From contig NC_043005.1 in NCBI RefSeq assembly GCF_006345805.1, forward strand, positions 54,436,001 to 54,500,000: a DNA stretch of 64,000 bases. Direction: 5' to 3'. This stretch comes from Octopus sinensis (Eukaryota). The notes under the pieces were generated by a model that saw only the letters and a list, made by a program, of their open reading frames with translations, did not search any database and was not told where the DNA came from. Below, piece after piece: positions 38,762 to 51,333 of this stretch (the stretch's first letter is position 1; each line of letters opens with the position of its first letter). Both the position numbers and the translations under genes were made by a program.

Positions 38762-39505
38762 CTATAATGGATGTTATGGCCACCTGTCTATCTGTCTGTC
38801 TGTCTGTTCATCTCTTTGTCTGTTCACTCTTCATAGCCAGACGGCCAGACCAGTGGTTACGATATTTTCTGGGATTACAAAGACAGTTGTCAGGAAGGTA
38901 TTTAGCATTAAAAGTTAGATTATTTCGTAGATATCGATTTTTGAATTGATAAACCATTTTTTTTGAAAATTCACCGACCTCAAGTAACTCTGGATTTTTT
39001 TCATACAGTTCATGGCCTCATCGTAGATACAAAGGGGTTCGCGAGAATGATTAATAGCGAAAATAAAATGAAAAAAGTGTGTGTCAGTATATAGTGTGTG
39101 TGATTATTTAGTGGTTATTGAAGTGTGTCAGTCTCAAGTAGGATTCGAAATGGCTAATCAAAGTGGCTGTTGTTTACATCTCAGTTTTGTCAATCAAAAT
39201 AACCCATGGTACCAAAACATCCAGATATTATTCACATAGAACAGTGAGAGGTAAGTGTAGTTTGATTTTTTGCACTCACACGTTCACAGCAAATAAGGCA
39301 CAGGGCCATACTTTAGATTGTGTACCAATAGACTCCAGTAATTTGAAAATTTAATGTCAACCAAACAGAAGATATTTTCTACAAAGAAGTTTTGTAAACA
39401 TATTGATATTATCGAAAAGAATATGATTCATAATTTAAATAAGGAGTTTTGTGAACTTTGAATGTATAAGAGTATAAACAAGCATTAAATAGTGCAAACA
39501 ACTAA
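38757..39505 (+). mobile_element. Internally deleted Helitron derivative
   Basis: 5' tattactataa followed by (TCTG)n as in Lep1/HINE-type Helitrons; helicase motif remnant at 39283-39333. Confidence 0.55.
39283..39333 (+). pseudogene. PIF1-like Helitron helicase motif remnant
   Basis: FTANKAQGHTLDCVPID matches the conserved TINK(A/S)QGQTL..VGID motif. Confidence 0.6.
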
Positions 39506-40429
39506 AATAAAAGTATATCTAAATAACATTATTTCTTAATACTTTTGTGTAGTGGTCAAAGGAAGCTCTGACTTTCTTTAGGAGTGGTCCACATAACCAT
39601 TCATGATACAGAGGCTGGAAGCCTATTTCAGTTTGGGAGTGAATCATCATCACATATCACTTAATCGCAAACACACATCTTATAGCTACAACAGAATGTT
39701 GTATCACTAACAATAATGTGATTTCTCAAAGACATCACCCTGTAATCTATCAAGTCTATTTACACATTTCTCAATACATATTGCTGCTATGACTTCCCTC
39801 CTTCATTTTATGCCTCCATCGTAGATGGGTAGATTTGCTAGTATATTTAATAGAATTTGAGTAATAAATAGCCTCATAACATGCAGTTAGAAAGCTGGTG
39901 TCTGGTGCAGGAACAAATGTTGTGATTTGTAATGTTTTTTTCTATCTTTGTATTGAAGAAAATTTTTAGATTCATATATATTTGTATATACAAACATATG
40001 TAGAATAGCATTCTTTAAGTTTCCATCTACCAGATCCACTATCAAGGTTTTGATTGGCTAGGCACCATAGTAAAAAACACTGGCCTAAGCTGCCAGTGGT
40101 TGGGAGGCAAGCTTCTTACCACACAGCCATGCCTGTGCGATATAAAATAAATTATTACCTGTCAATAAAACTGAATTGAACTGAACATAGATTTTTCTCC
40201 AATATATTGTCTAAGTATATATAAGGCCTTCCATTCGAAACAGCTAATTTACCAATTTAGTTGTGGTGTATAGTCTTTGTAGTTTTATTCCATACAAAAC
40301 TTTTTAATTCAAATTTAAGAAATCTGAGAAGAATTTTTCTGAGATATGACATTAAAGAGATCACACAGTTTAAAAATAGATAGGTTATAAAACCTTGAAA
40401 TATATGTTCAATATGAAATTCAATTTGCA

Positions 40430-40461
<32 letters not shown>

Positions 40462-40756
40462 GTATGTATGTATATTACATTTTGAACTTTTTACATTATT
40501 TGTGTGGAGTATTGAGGAAACAAAGAAAAAATTTCACTAGTATATATGTGTGTGGGTGAGAGTGTGCATGTATGTGTGTATGCATCTGTGTGTGTGTCTG
40601 TGTGTGTGTATATGTGTGCATATGTGTGTATGTATGAATTTATCTTATGGTATATTTATAAATGCAATATAAATAGACATATATATATAGATTTATATTT
40701 ACATATATAATGTTATTTATTAATATTTATATATATTGTTTTCAGATTTGGTAAAT

Positions 40757-40835
40757 TATTGGAAACTTTACCGGTAAGTGTGTTAAATAATAGGCTACTA
40801 AAAGAGAATGACTCTCCCCAGATACAACAGAAATA
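40757..40835 (+). mobile_element. 3' half of the 137-bp Penelope-like unit
   Basis: aaactttaccggtaagtgtgtta...aatgactctcccagatacaacag matches 4165-4230 and 63430-63500. Confidence 0.7.
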
Positions 40836-40842
40836 TATTCTT

Positions 40843-41065
40843 TTATCCTTTTCTTTTTCCAGTCTTTTGACTGCAACATGCTGGAGCACCGCCTTTAGTC
40901 GAGCAAATCATCCCCATGACTTATTCTTTGTAAGCCTCGTAGTACTTATTCTATCAGTCGTTTTTGCCAAACTGCTAAGTTATGAGAACATAAGCACACC
41001 AGCACCAGTTGTCAACCAATGTTGGAGAGACAAACACAAACACCCAAACACACACACACACACAC

Positions 41066-41122
<57 letters not shown>

Positions 41123-41280
41123 GGCTCCTTTCAGTTTCCATCTATTAAATCCATTCACAAGGCTTCGGTCAGCCTGAGGTTTTAGTAGAAGACACTTGCC
41201 CAAGGTGCCACGCAATGGGACTGAACCTTGAACTATGTGGTTGGTAAGTAAGCTACTTACCACACAGCCACTCCTGCACT
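40843..41280 (-). mobile_element. SINE family B, full length
   Basis: Complete reverse copy ending cacacagccactcctgcact. Confidence 0.9.
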
Positions 41281-41763
41281 TAATATATATATATACATAC
41301 ACATACTTGTTTTACATGTTTTTTTTCTTTCATACCTGAATGAAACATGTTATTGAGGCATTGTTTTGCGGCTGGATGTTTTTCCTAGCATCAACCTTTG
41401 CCTGATTTTTGTGTTTTTGTTTTTTACAATTTAGGGGTCTTGAAGGCACAACATGAGCAAGATATAAAAAACAAATGGACACACATGCATGCACATTCAC
41501 ACACAAATACACGCACATACACATGCGTGCACACACACACACACACATTGTCATTTTTTATTTATATTTTATAGGGATCACCCTAGTGTGCTGACAAAGT
41601 ATCTCTCCTACTCAAGCACCATACACCCCACACTTTTCCCATGCAACTACATCTCCTTCTCCCTTTACTCTTGTGCAACCTACCCAATGATACATCATTT
41701 CCCTCTCTTTTCTCCTTCTTCTCCCTAATGTATTGTTATTATTATTATCATTATGTTATTACT

Positions 41764-41831
<68 letters not shown>

Positions 41832-41904
41832 ACATTTTATAGTTTCAGGCAAATTTCTTCTGCACCACATGCTACACATCCGTATTCTTATTATTACTAT
41901 TATT

Positions 41905-42115
41905 AAGGTGGTGAGCTGACAGAATCATCTGCAAGCTGGATGAAATGCTTAATGGTATTTCACCAAACACTACGTTCTGAGTTCAAATTCTGCCAAGGTC
42001 GAATTTGCTTTTCATGCTTTTGGAGTTTATAAATAAAGTACCAGTTGTACACTGGGGTCAATCTAATTGATTGGTCCCCTCCCCCAAAATTTTTGGCTTT
42101 GTGCCTAGAGTAGAA
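41905..42115 (+). mobile_element. SINE family A
   Basis: aaggtggtgagctgacagaatc...gagttcaaattctgcc. Confidence 0.85.
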
Positions 42116-42148
42116 AAGATTATCATTATTATATTATTATTATTATTT

Positions 42149-42238
<90 letters not shown>

Positions 42239-42254
42239 CATGATTATTATTATT

Positions 42255-42465
42255 GAGCTTGCAGAATGGTTAGTATGCCAAGAAAAATGCTTAGTGGTAT
42301 TTCATCCATTTTTACAATCTGAGTTCAGATTCCACCGAGGTCAACTGAGCCTTTCACCCTTTCAGGGTCAATAAAATAAGTACCAGTTGGACACTTGGGT
42401 GGATCGATGTGATCGACTTAACCCACTCCCAAAATTGCTGGCCTTGTGCCAAAATTTGAAACCAT
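42255..42465 (+). mobile_element. SINE family A
   Basis: gagcttgcagaatggttag...gcctttcaccctttcagggtcaataaaataagtacc. Confidence 0.8.
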
Positions 42466-44247
42466 TATTATCGTTATTATTCATCCACACTGACCCACTT
42501 CTTTACTGCCATTCATTACTTACTCTCCCCAACCTTCTCCATTTCATATGTATAATAAATCACTCCTCCATCCTGTCCAGCACTCACTACCGCCACTCCT
42601 TAGCCCTATCCATTCTCTACAGCCAACATCCTTACTTTTCTTATGTCTTCAAATTTTATTCATCTCTTACTCTTCTAATTTTATTCATCAGTGTATTTGT
42701 CCACCCCACTTCACCCACCGCACCAATTTCCTATCCCTAACCATTCATCATTCTCTCTCATACACTCTTGCGATCTCTACCTACACCTTTTACCATTTTG
42801 TCTGTCACCACATATTTCTATTCATTTTCTTGTACATCCAAGGTCCATTCTGTCACTTCATCACCACAATTTTATCTTTCTTTCCTGCTCCATCCCTGTT
42901 ATTCCCACCTACTCTGTATGTTGTCATGTAGCTCCTCCACAGCAAGAAACCATTTCTCTCCCTTTCTTTCATTCTTTAATCTCTCATTGCCTAGCATAAT
43001 GCTGACTTCTTCTACTGGAGCCACACTCAGTCAAATGGTATTTTAAGTCTTGTGAGCTGTATGGTGACTTTATTGGTGCTGGTATCCTGAAAAACGAAAA
43101 GAAAAAGCTCCCAGTACACACTATAAAGTGATTGGTGTTATGATAGGCCATCCAACCATAGAAATCATGAATACTGTCCCCCATAACCGTTGGATTCAGT
43201 CAAACCATCCAACCTATGCCAGTGTGGAACATAGGCTCTAAAAGTTGATGATGATGATGAGGAGGAGGAGGAGGATGGCAGTGGTGGTGGTGGTGGCGTT
43301 GGTGGTGTTGGTGGTGGTAGTCGTGGTCATGTCATTGTCGTGGTTGTGGTCATGGTTGTGAAGAGGAGATCGATGATAATAACAATGGTAACAATAACAA
43401 TGATGATGATGATGATGATGATTATAATGATGACAATGATGATGACAACGTCGAAAATGACCATGATAATGATACACCTTACCCTAAAAAAAAGGAACAG
43501 GCTATCAGCAGGAAAAGCCTCCAACCGTGAGACAATACCTCAAAAATAAGTACTCACATAATTCATGCCAGTATGGATAAAAAGACATAAAACAAATGAA
43601 TGAATGCAGTGTTGACACATATTTTACCCACTCTGGAGAGCTAAAGGGCTGAAAGTCAGCCAACCATAATACAATTTTAACTCAGAATCATAATGCAAAA
43701 AAACACAACTCTGAAATAGTTACAACTCTCAAATAGTTACAATCCATTTCAAAAGGAGACGCTTCCCCGAAATTAATTAGATGATTCTATAAGGGAATAG
43801 ATTTAGAAACAAACAGAAGTATTTACAATTGAATTGTTTTTCCCTTGATGGTATTGTGTGATACTGAAAATTTGACAGCTTACTTTATTTTTCTATATTT
43901 CTTCATTTGTATGGAAACCATCACACAAGTATGAATTTATACTATAGTTACACATATTTGCAATATCACACATACACACACATACACACATATGCATATG
44001 TTGCCAACAACACAAGGAACTTCAAAGTCACTATCAATAAAATTATATATGCACATACACTCACATACACATGTGTGTGCATGTATATATATATATATAT
44101 ACACATACATATATACGTACATACATATGCACACACACATACATATATATATATATATACATATGTGTGTGTGTATGTGTGTGCATGTGCTTGTGGATGT
44201 ATTTAATAAATATGCATATGTAAAATATATATACTATATATATTATG

Positions 44248-44286
<39 letters not shown>

Positions 44287-45317
44287 CCACTTAAATGTGT
44301 CTAACCCTATATGTAGTCCAACTCTTGCCAGCATGGACGGCTGATGTTAAATGATGATAATGATGATGATGATGTTGATAACAATGACGACTGTGACGAT
44401 GATGATGATGATGATGATAAGATATATATATAAATTTTTTAGAAGTAAATTTAATATGAGATAGGAAATCAATTTTTATTCAAAATAATTAAGTTTGACA
44501 TTACAGGGCTTCATGCTTACTTATATATATATATTTATATAACAATTGAAAAGACAAATAATTTCTTATTGCTGTTCCTCTTTAAAGTACAATTAATAAC
44601 GATTTTCTCTACATTTTTCTTTTAGCTTTTTTCTTTTTTTTTTAACCTTTTGTTTTATTTTGTGATTATGTGACGTGAAGATCTTTGCTTATTCTATAAT
44701 TTAATAAATGTTAAATATGTTTGTTATTGGTGAGATATTTGCTGCTCTTCTTGCAAAGGGCTTTTATAGTAAGGCCTATTTCTGTTTATATTTATTTTAT
44801 TCTTTGCCATTTTAGGAAAATTTGCATAGATTGTATTTGAAGCATGTAATATATTTTATTTATTTTAGAAATATGCAAGAGAATACAGTTGTTTATTTTG
44901 GTTATATTGTGTATACTTTTCATGCGTTTGTTATTTAAGAGAAGCTTCTCAATGTTGTGCTTGTAGATATGTATCTGACGAAGCCATGCATATATGCACA
45001 TACACACTTAGAAGCTCATGTACAAGCACACATATGCATATGCAAAATTATATAAACATACATGTGTGTGTGTGTGTGTATATGTATATATATAGAGAGA
45101 GAGATATATATATAAAGATAGATAAATAGATAGATAGATATACACATATAGATAGATAGATACATATATACATATTTTGATAGATATGCATAGATATAGA
45201 TATATATATGTTTGTATATATGTGTGTGTGTGTATACATGTATATAGATTGGAATATAAATATTTATCAATATATATGTATGTACATATGTATGCATGTA
45301 TCTATCTATCTCTCTCA

Positions 45318-45416
<99 letters not shown>

Positions 45417-45501
45417 CAGTTGTAGGTAGATAGATACATACATATGTATTTATATATATTTATATTATATATATATATATATATACATGTATATATATAT
45501 G

Positions 45502-45563
<62 letters not shown>

Positions 45564-46490
45564 ACATATATACGTGTGTGTGCATATATATATATATTTA
45601 CATGTGTGTTTATATACTTATGTGTGTATACACACACACACACACACACAAATATGTATATATATATGTCATCACCATTATTATCATTTTTTTAACATCC
45701 ACTTTTTCATGCTTTCATCAGTGAAAATTCATTAAAATAAATTTTCTGTGGCTGGATCCCTCTTCTCTTGCCAGCCCTCACCTTTTTCTATGCGAGATAT
45801 CATTTCACCATAGCTGGACATGTTTTCACAGAAAATCAGAAAGGAAAGCCACAACTTGTTTGCCAGTGGCAGTGCTTTACAACTATTGTATGATGTCAAA
45901 ATTTGGAAGTGTAAAGAGATTCATGTACAAATATGTGTGTGTGTGTGTGTGTGTGTGTACATACATATATGTGTATGTTTATATGTTTGTTCATACTGAA
46001 TTCCAGATCTGCAATTTTCAAAAATGCAAGCATATGGACAAATTTCCTTCGGTGAGCTGAAGGACTCAATCCTCTCCAGATTGAGCAGTAGTCATACAGA
46101 TTTTGGACCCTCTTATGTACAATAATTCTACAATTAACTTAATTAAGGCTTTATGATCAGAGGAGTCATAACTCTAATTCCTTTTCTTTTCTTTTCTTTT
46201 TCCATTTTTATTCACCCTTCCACTTTTTGCATCTACCTTCTTATTTGCATCTACCTTCTCTTACACCAGCGCCCTGATCTGCAAATAGAATAGACTATGT
46301 GCTCAGAGCCCGAAAACTACTTGCAGACACAAGGTATTATATAAGAACTTAACTAGACCTTTGTCTCCAAAGAAGGAAACTATTAGAAACTTGATCTTTG
46401 TATGATGTGCATTAACATTGTGTGTGTGTCTGTGTGTGTGCATGTATGAGAGTGTGTGAGTGTGTGTACGAATATATAAAAATATATGTA

Positions 46491-46531
<41 letters not shown>

Positions 46532-46569
46532 CTATCTATCTATCTATCTGATGTGACCATGTGTGTACC

Positions 46570-46749
46570 ATTGGCAATTTTTTTTCCTCTGTCTTCCCTT
46601 CTCTGGATCTTTCCTTCTCCTATGTTTCCGATGAAGAGTTCTGCTCGAAACGTTAAACCCTCCTTCTTTCCTGAGCGTCGAATAATACTATATTTGTTCC
46701 ACATCCTCGCATTGTTGTGTTTTTTTGTGCTTTCTTGTTTGGATTAACT
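46570..46749 (+). mobile_element. Penelope-like terminal repeat ending in (TA)n
   Basis: Contains a hammerhead motif; the 3' end is shared with 25190-25236. Confidence 0.6.
46624..46658 (+). ncRNA. Minimal type I hammerhead motif
   Basis: GTTT-CCGATGA-A-GAG TTCTG CTC-GAAAC-GT-T-AAAC; stem I GTTT/AAAC, palindromic ACGT stem III, U4 to C variant. Confidence 0.6.
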
Positions 46750-46782
46750 ATATATATATATATATATATATATAGTGAAGCC

Positions 46783-47446
46783 ATAATCTGTGGCCCCTAC
46801 CTGGGACGTAGTCAGTCCACCTGTGCATACCTTCCTGCTTATGACACTTGTGAAGACCTGTTGAGGCAAGTGAAAATCAAATCAAATCAAATCAAATCAA
46901 ATCAAACCAAATCAAAATAGATGAACATCAATGGAATTTGTATCCTTGTGGTACCAGTGCCGGTGGTACCAGTGCCGGTGGTACCAGTGCCGGTGGCACA
47001 TAAGAAAACCATCCGAACGGGACCGTAGCCAGTACCGCATCAACTGGCCTCCGTGCTGTGGGCACATAACAAACACCATCCGATCGTGGCCGTTCGCCAG
47101 CCTCGTCTGGCACCTGTGTCAGTGGCACATAAGAAAACACCGAAAACACCATCCGAGCATGGCCGTCTGCCAGCCTCGTCTGGCACCTGTGTCGGTGGCA
47201 CATAAAAAACACCATCCGAGCGTGGCCGTCTGCCAGCCTCATCTAGCACCTGTGTCGGTGGCACATAAAATCACCCACTACACTCTTGGAGTGGTTGGCG
47301 TTAGGAAGGGCATCCAGCTGTAGAAACACTGCCAGATCTGACTGGCCTGGTGCAGCTTTCAGGCTTGCCAGACCCCAGTTGAACCGTCCAACCCATGCTA
47401 GCATGGAAAGCGGACATTAAACGATGATGATGATGATGATGATGAT
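46783..47446 (+). mobile_element. Family C SINE-like retroposon, long copy with internal tandem repeats
   Basis: (ATCAA)n, three ggtaccagtgccggt, about four repeats of gcacctgtgtcggtggcacataa...ccatccgagc..., (GAT)n tail. Confidence 0.85.
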
Positions 47447-47512
47447 ATATATATATATATGAAAAAACAAGTCAAGATAGAAAATGCTAAAATAATTTTA
47501 TAAAGACCATTT

Positions 47513-47551
47513 CAGTACCGGTTTCAGTCATTTTGAGACCTTTTCAACTGT
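47513..47551 (-). ncRNA. Type I hammerhead motif, U3-A8 variant
   Basis: Minus: ACAG-TTGAAAA-GGTC TCAAAAT GACT-GAAAC-CG-GTA-CTG. Confidence 0.7.
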
Positions 47552-47702
47552 AACGATTAAATAATTAAATTTAGAAAAATTTTAAAAAAAGAAACAGAGA
47601 AAGGCAGAAACACGGAAAATGCCACTTATATTTGAACACTATACAAATATTCTTTTAAAAAACTTTTCTTTTAATTTTTCTAAATTTAATTATTTAATCG
47701 TT

Positions 47703-47741
47703 ACAGTTGAAAAGGTCTCAAACTGACTGAAACCGGTACTG
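47703..47741 (+). ncRNA. Type I hammerhead motif, U3-A8 variant
   Basis: ACAG-TTGAAAA-GGTC TCAAACT GACT-GAAAC-CG-GTA-CTG; palindromic ACCGGT stem III, GUA triplet. Confidence 0.7.
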
Positions 47742-47877
47742 AAATGTTCTTTATAAAATTATTTTAGCATTTTCTATCTTGACTTGTTTTTTCATATATA
47801 TCAACTCGTGTGTTCCTTTTCATCCTTATACATATATATATATATATATATATATAAATATAGAGAGATACACACAT

Positions 47878-48012
47878 ACATGGCTGTATGGTAAGAAGCT
47901 TGCTTCTCAACCACATGGTTCCAGGTTCAGTCCCACTGTGTGATATCTAGGGCAAGCGTCTTCTCCTATAGCCTCAGGTTGACCAAAGCCTTGTGAGTAG
48001 AAAACTGAAAGA
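47878..48012 (+). mobile_element. SINE family B head
   Basis: tggctgtatggtaagaagcttgcttctcaaccacatggttccaggttcagtcccac. Confidence 0.85.
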
Positions 48013-49108
48013 AGTTAAAAAGATATATGTAAATGTAAGCAACTGGCTAAATATATAGGCAGACAAATATACAATATCCTTGATATTCTTTGTTAAGATT
48101 TTAAAGTTCTTGCCTCAAATCCAATCTATGACAATTACATATCCAGAAATAAGATACCTGTTGACGATCAGAGATCAAACCATTTGAAACATACTGTAGA
48201 TGTTACAATTGTAAATATACAGACGAAAAATGAGATTAATATCATGGAAAGTTATAATCTTATTAGCAGCAACTCACTTCAGTCACATAGACATTTAATC
48301 ATGGAAATGTATGGGTTGCTCTTATCAGGCATATGTCTATCTTGGATTTCATGAGTGTGTTCATATGCATGTATCTTTGTGTGTGTGTGTGTGTGTGTGT
48401 ATTTATGTGAGTACATATGTACGTCTGTGTGTATGTGTATGTATGTATGTATGTATGTATGGGTGTGTGTATGTATGGGTGTATGTATGCGTGCATGTGC
48501 ATCTATCTATCTAGCTAAATATATATGTGTGTGTGCACATATATATGTATATATGTATATATGTATGTAAGTATATATGTATGTATATATGTATGTAAGT
48601 ATATATGTATGTATGTATGTACGTATGTATGTATGTATGTATGTATGTATGTATATGTATGTGCTGGTGGTTAGAGAAATACCTGAACTAGTGATCAAAT
48701 GCACTCTATGACCACTGAAAGTGATTTTTCTCCCCACCCCACCACACACACACAGATGCACCAGTTCTCAGAATATCTGTCTAAGAGAAGATGAGTCTGG
48801 TGTAAGAGGTGAGATTTGTTCAATTTCTGGTCCTTCCAACCAATGCTGAACCACCAACAAGAAAGTTGTTGCATCATAAAAAATTAATGCATTTCTGTAA
48901 CTGCTTCATTTATTATCGCCAATTTTGTCACATTTTTTATCTTCCATTTGTTTCAGTCCTTAGACTACGACTATGCTAGAGCATTGCCCTAAAGAGCATG
49001 TTGTCAAATGAATCGTCTCTAGTACTTTTACTTCATTTTTAAGGTTGGTATTCATCCTATTCTTTTTTGCCAAAAAGGTAATTTATAGGGATGCAATATA
49101 TACATACT

Positions 49109-49162
<54 letters not shown>

Positions 49163-49199
49163 TACATATACATATATGTGTGTGTGTGTGTATTCTTTT

Positions 49200-49405
49200 A
49201 TTCTTTATTCTTTTACATGTTTCAGTCATTTGACTGCTGCTATGCAAGCAAATTGCTTTAGTCAAGCAAATCGCCCCCAGGACTTATTCTTTGTAAACCT
49301 AATATTTACTCTATCAGTTTCTTTTGCTGATCCACTAAGTTATGGGGACATATACACACCAGCATTGGTTGTCAAGTGATGTTGGAGGGACAAACACAGA
49401 CACAG

Positions 49406-49438
<33 letters not shown>

Positions 49439-49452
49439 GAACAGGCTTCTTT
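49200..49452 (-). mobile_element. SINE family B 3' half
   Basis: tgtttcagtcatttgactgc...ggacaaacacagacac. Confidence 0.85.
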
Positions 49453-49465
49453 GTGTGTGTGTGTA

Positions 49466-50711
49466 TTGAGTCATCCCATAAATAATGTGGTTTTTACAAT
49501 TGCATGAACTGAAAGTCAGAAGGGTATGGGATAAACTACATGCATCAATTTGCTATAGAAGCAGATAGTAACTTTACCTTATCCTTATTCTTAGTTCAAG
49601 TTGTGAAGAGTGCAGTTTGTTTTTTAACGCTTATTTTTTTCAAAACTATAATGGAAGTGACAATGGAGCATATTCGGCATATTTTGCTTTGTGAGTTCAA
49701 TAAAGGCAACAACACAATGGAAAGTGTGAGAAATATTACTGCAAGATATGGGGATCAGACAATAAGTGTAAGCTTCTGTCAACGGTGCTTCCATAAATTC
49801 TGAGTTGGAAACTACAGCCTAGATGGGTCTCATCCTCGAAGATCTATAGAGCTCAATGAGGATGTCCTACAAACCCTAGTGGAACAAAATCTCATTGTAA
49901 CTGTTGAAGAATTAGCAGAGAAGCTTGGATTTGGTCATTCGAACATTCATGAACACCTGCATGCCATCGGAAAATTAGGTAAATGGGTTCTTCACAAACT
50001 TTCCCAGTGTAGCCATGCACAGAGAGTGAATGTTTGCTCTTCTTTGTTGTCACGTCTCACAAATGAACCTTTTTTGGACCGAATAGTGACTGGTGATGAG
50101 AAATGGGTTCGCTATAAAAATGTTAAGTGCCGAAGAGAGTGGGTAAGGAAAGGAGAAATACCAGCACTCCAGGCTTAAGAAGGTTTTAACCCACATAAGG
50201 TGTTGTTATCTGTTTGGTGGAATATGAAAGGTTTAGTCCACTTTGAACAAAGCAGATCTACTGTTAGCAACTTGAGCAGCTTAAGTCAGCACTAGAAGAA
50301 AACAACCATCTTTGGTTTCAAGCCAATAGGTGTCCTTCTATCAAGATAATGCCCAGCCACATACAGCGAGGATAACATTCCAAAGGCTGGAGCAATTTGA
50401 ATGGGAAACGATGCCCCACCCACCATATTCACCAGACATTGCCTCATTTGATTATCATTTATTCCACAGTTTTCAAAATCATACGGATGCAAAGAGTATG
50501 AATTCTGTAGACAAGGTCAGAACAGTATTGGAGGAGTATTTTTCGCCACTGACAAGTGAATTTTGGAAGAGAAGCCTTGCAAGTCCACCAGAGAGATGGA
50601 AGAGCATTATAGAAAATTAAGGAGATTAGATTATAAAAAGAAATTTCTTTATCTTAATTTTGAAAAATAAAGAAGTATTAAAAAAACTACATTATTTGTG
50701 GTATGACCCAA
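49466..50711 (+). mobile_element. Near full-length mariner (DD34D) transposon, 1246 bp
   Basis: TIRs ttgagtcatcccataaataatgtggttttt / rc ttgggtcataccacaaataatgtagttttt; TA TSD at 49464-49465 and 50712-50713. Confidence 0.95.
49651..50620 (+). pseudogene. Mariner transposase pseudogene
   Basis: MEVTMEHIRHILLCEF...GKWVLHKL...IVTGDEKWVRY...QDNAQPH...PHPPYSPDIASFDYHLF, with 34 residues between the 2nd and 3rd D; stops, frameshift and a small internal deletion. Confidence 0.95.
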
Positions 50712-50717
50712 TATATA

Positions 50718-51333
50718 TCATCATCATCATTGTTTGACCGTGGTCGAGACAATGGAATTTACCATGCTACGCCAGACTTCACGATCCATCATGGCATTAC
50801 GGAGGTCCTGTTGCTGGATGCCTGTATCACTGGAGATTACATCAGGGTAGGAGAGTGTGCGCCCTCTGGTATTGCGAGTAGATGGCTTCCAGAGGAGAAG
50901 AGTAGAAAAAACTTCTTTTTCAGCTCTACAACAATGTCCAGCAAACTGGACTCTCCTACGTTTCACAAGAGATGACACAGGTGGTAGTTTCCCATATATT
51001 TGCATTTTGGTTGGATGGCGCTTCCACGAGAGATTTTGAGCTCTCATAAGGAGGCGAGTGTAGGTTCCATCCAACCGCCTCTCAAGCTTCTTTGATAACG
51101 TCCAGGTTTCTGAGCCATATAGTAGAATTGGTTCGACTGTGGCTTTGAATATTTCAAGTTTGAAGTCTCTACTTAGATTTGATGACCAGATCTTATAAAT
51201 GTCATTACAGGCTGACCAGGCCATACCCTTTCTAGTTAGAAAGTCTTTTCCAGATGATGATATGTATGACCCAAGATATTTATAATCAGAAACCATATTT
51301 AAGGGCGCGTTGTTGAGAGTATGGATGATGCAA
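50718..51333 (-). mobile_element. 5'-truncated RTE-clade LINE with an open C-terminal ORF and (TGA)n tail
   Basis: ORF 50727-51350: DYKYLGSYI...FKATVEPILLYGSETWTL...RRVQFAGHCCR...DREVWR, diagnostic RTE C-terminus; no internal stop. Confidence 0.93.

Larger units (their letters stand above)
47455..47800. repeat. Fold-back inverted repeat, near-identical arms (about 47455-47595 and 47660-47800)
   Basis: gaaaaaacaagtcaagatagaaaatgctaaaataattttataaag... vs ...ctttataaaattattttagcattttctatcttgacttgttttttc. Confidence 0.92.

Noticed and set aside
40746-40773. 28-nt exon candidate (ttttcag/ATTTGG...TTACCG/gtaagt, FGKLLETLP)
   Set aside because: The donor lies inside the repeated Penelope-like unit (same motif at about 4172 and 63438), so it is repeat-derived; exonisation is not excluded but unsupported.
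49651-50620. Domesticated SETMAR-like gene
   Set aside because: Multiple stops and frameshifts, flanked by TIRs and a TA duplication, with no SET exon visible.
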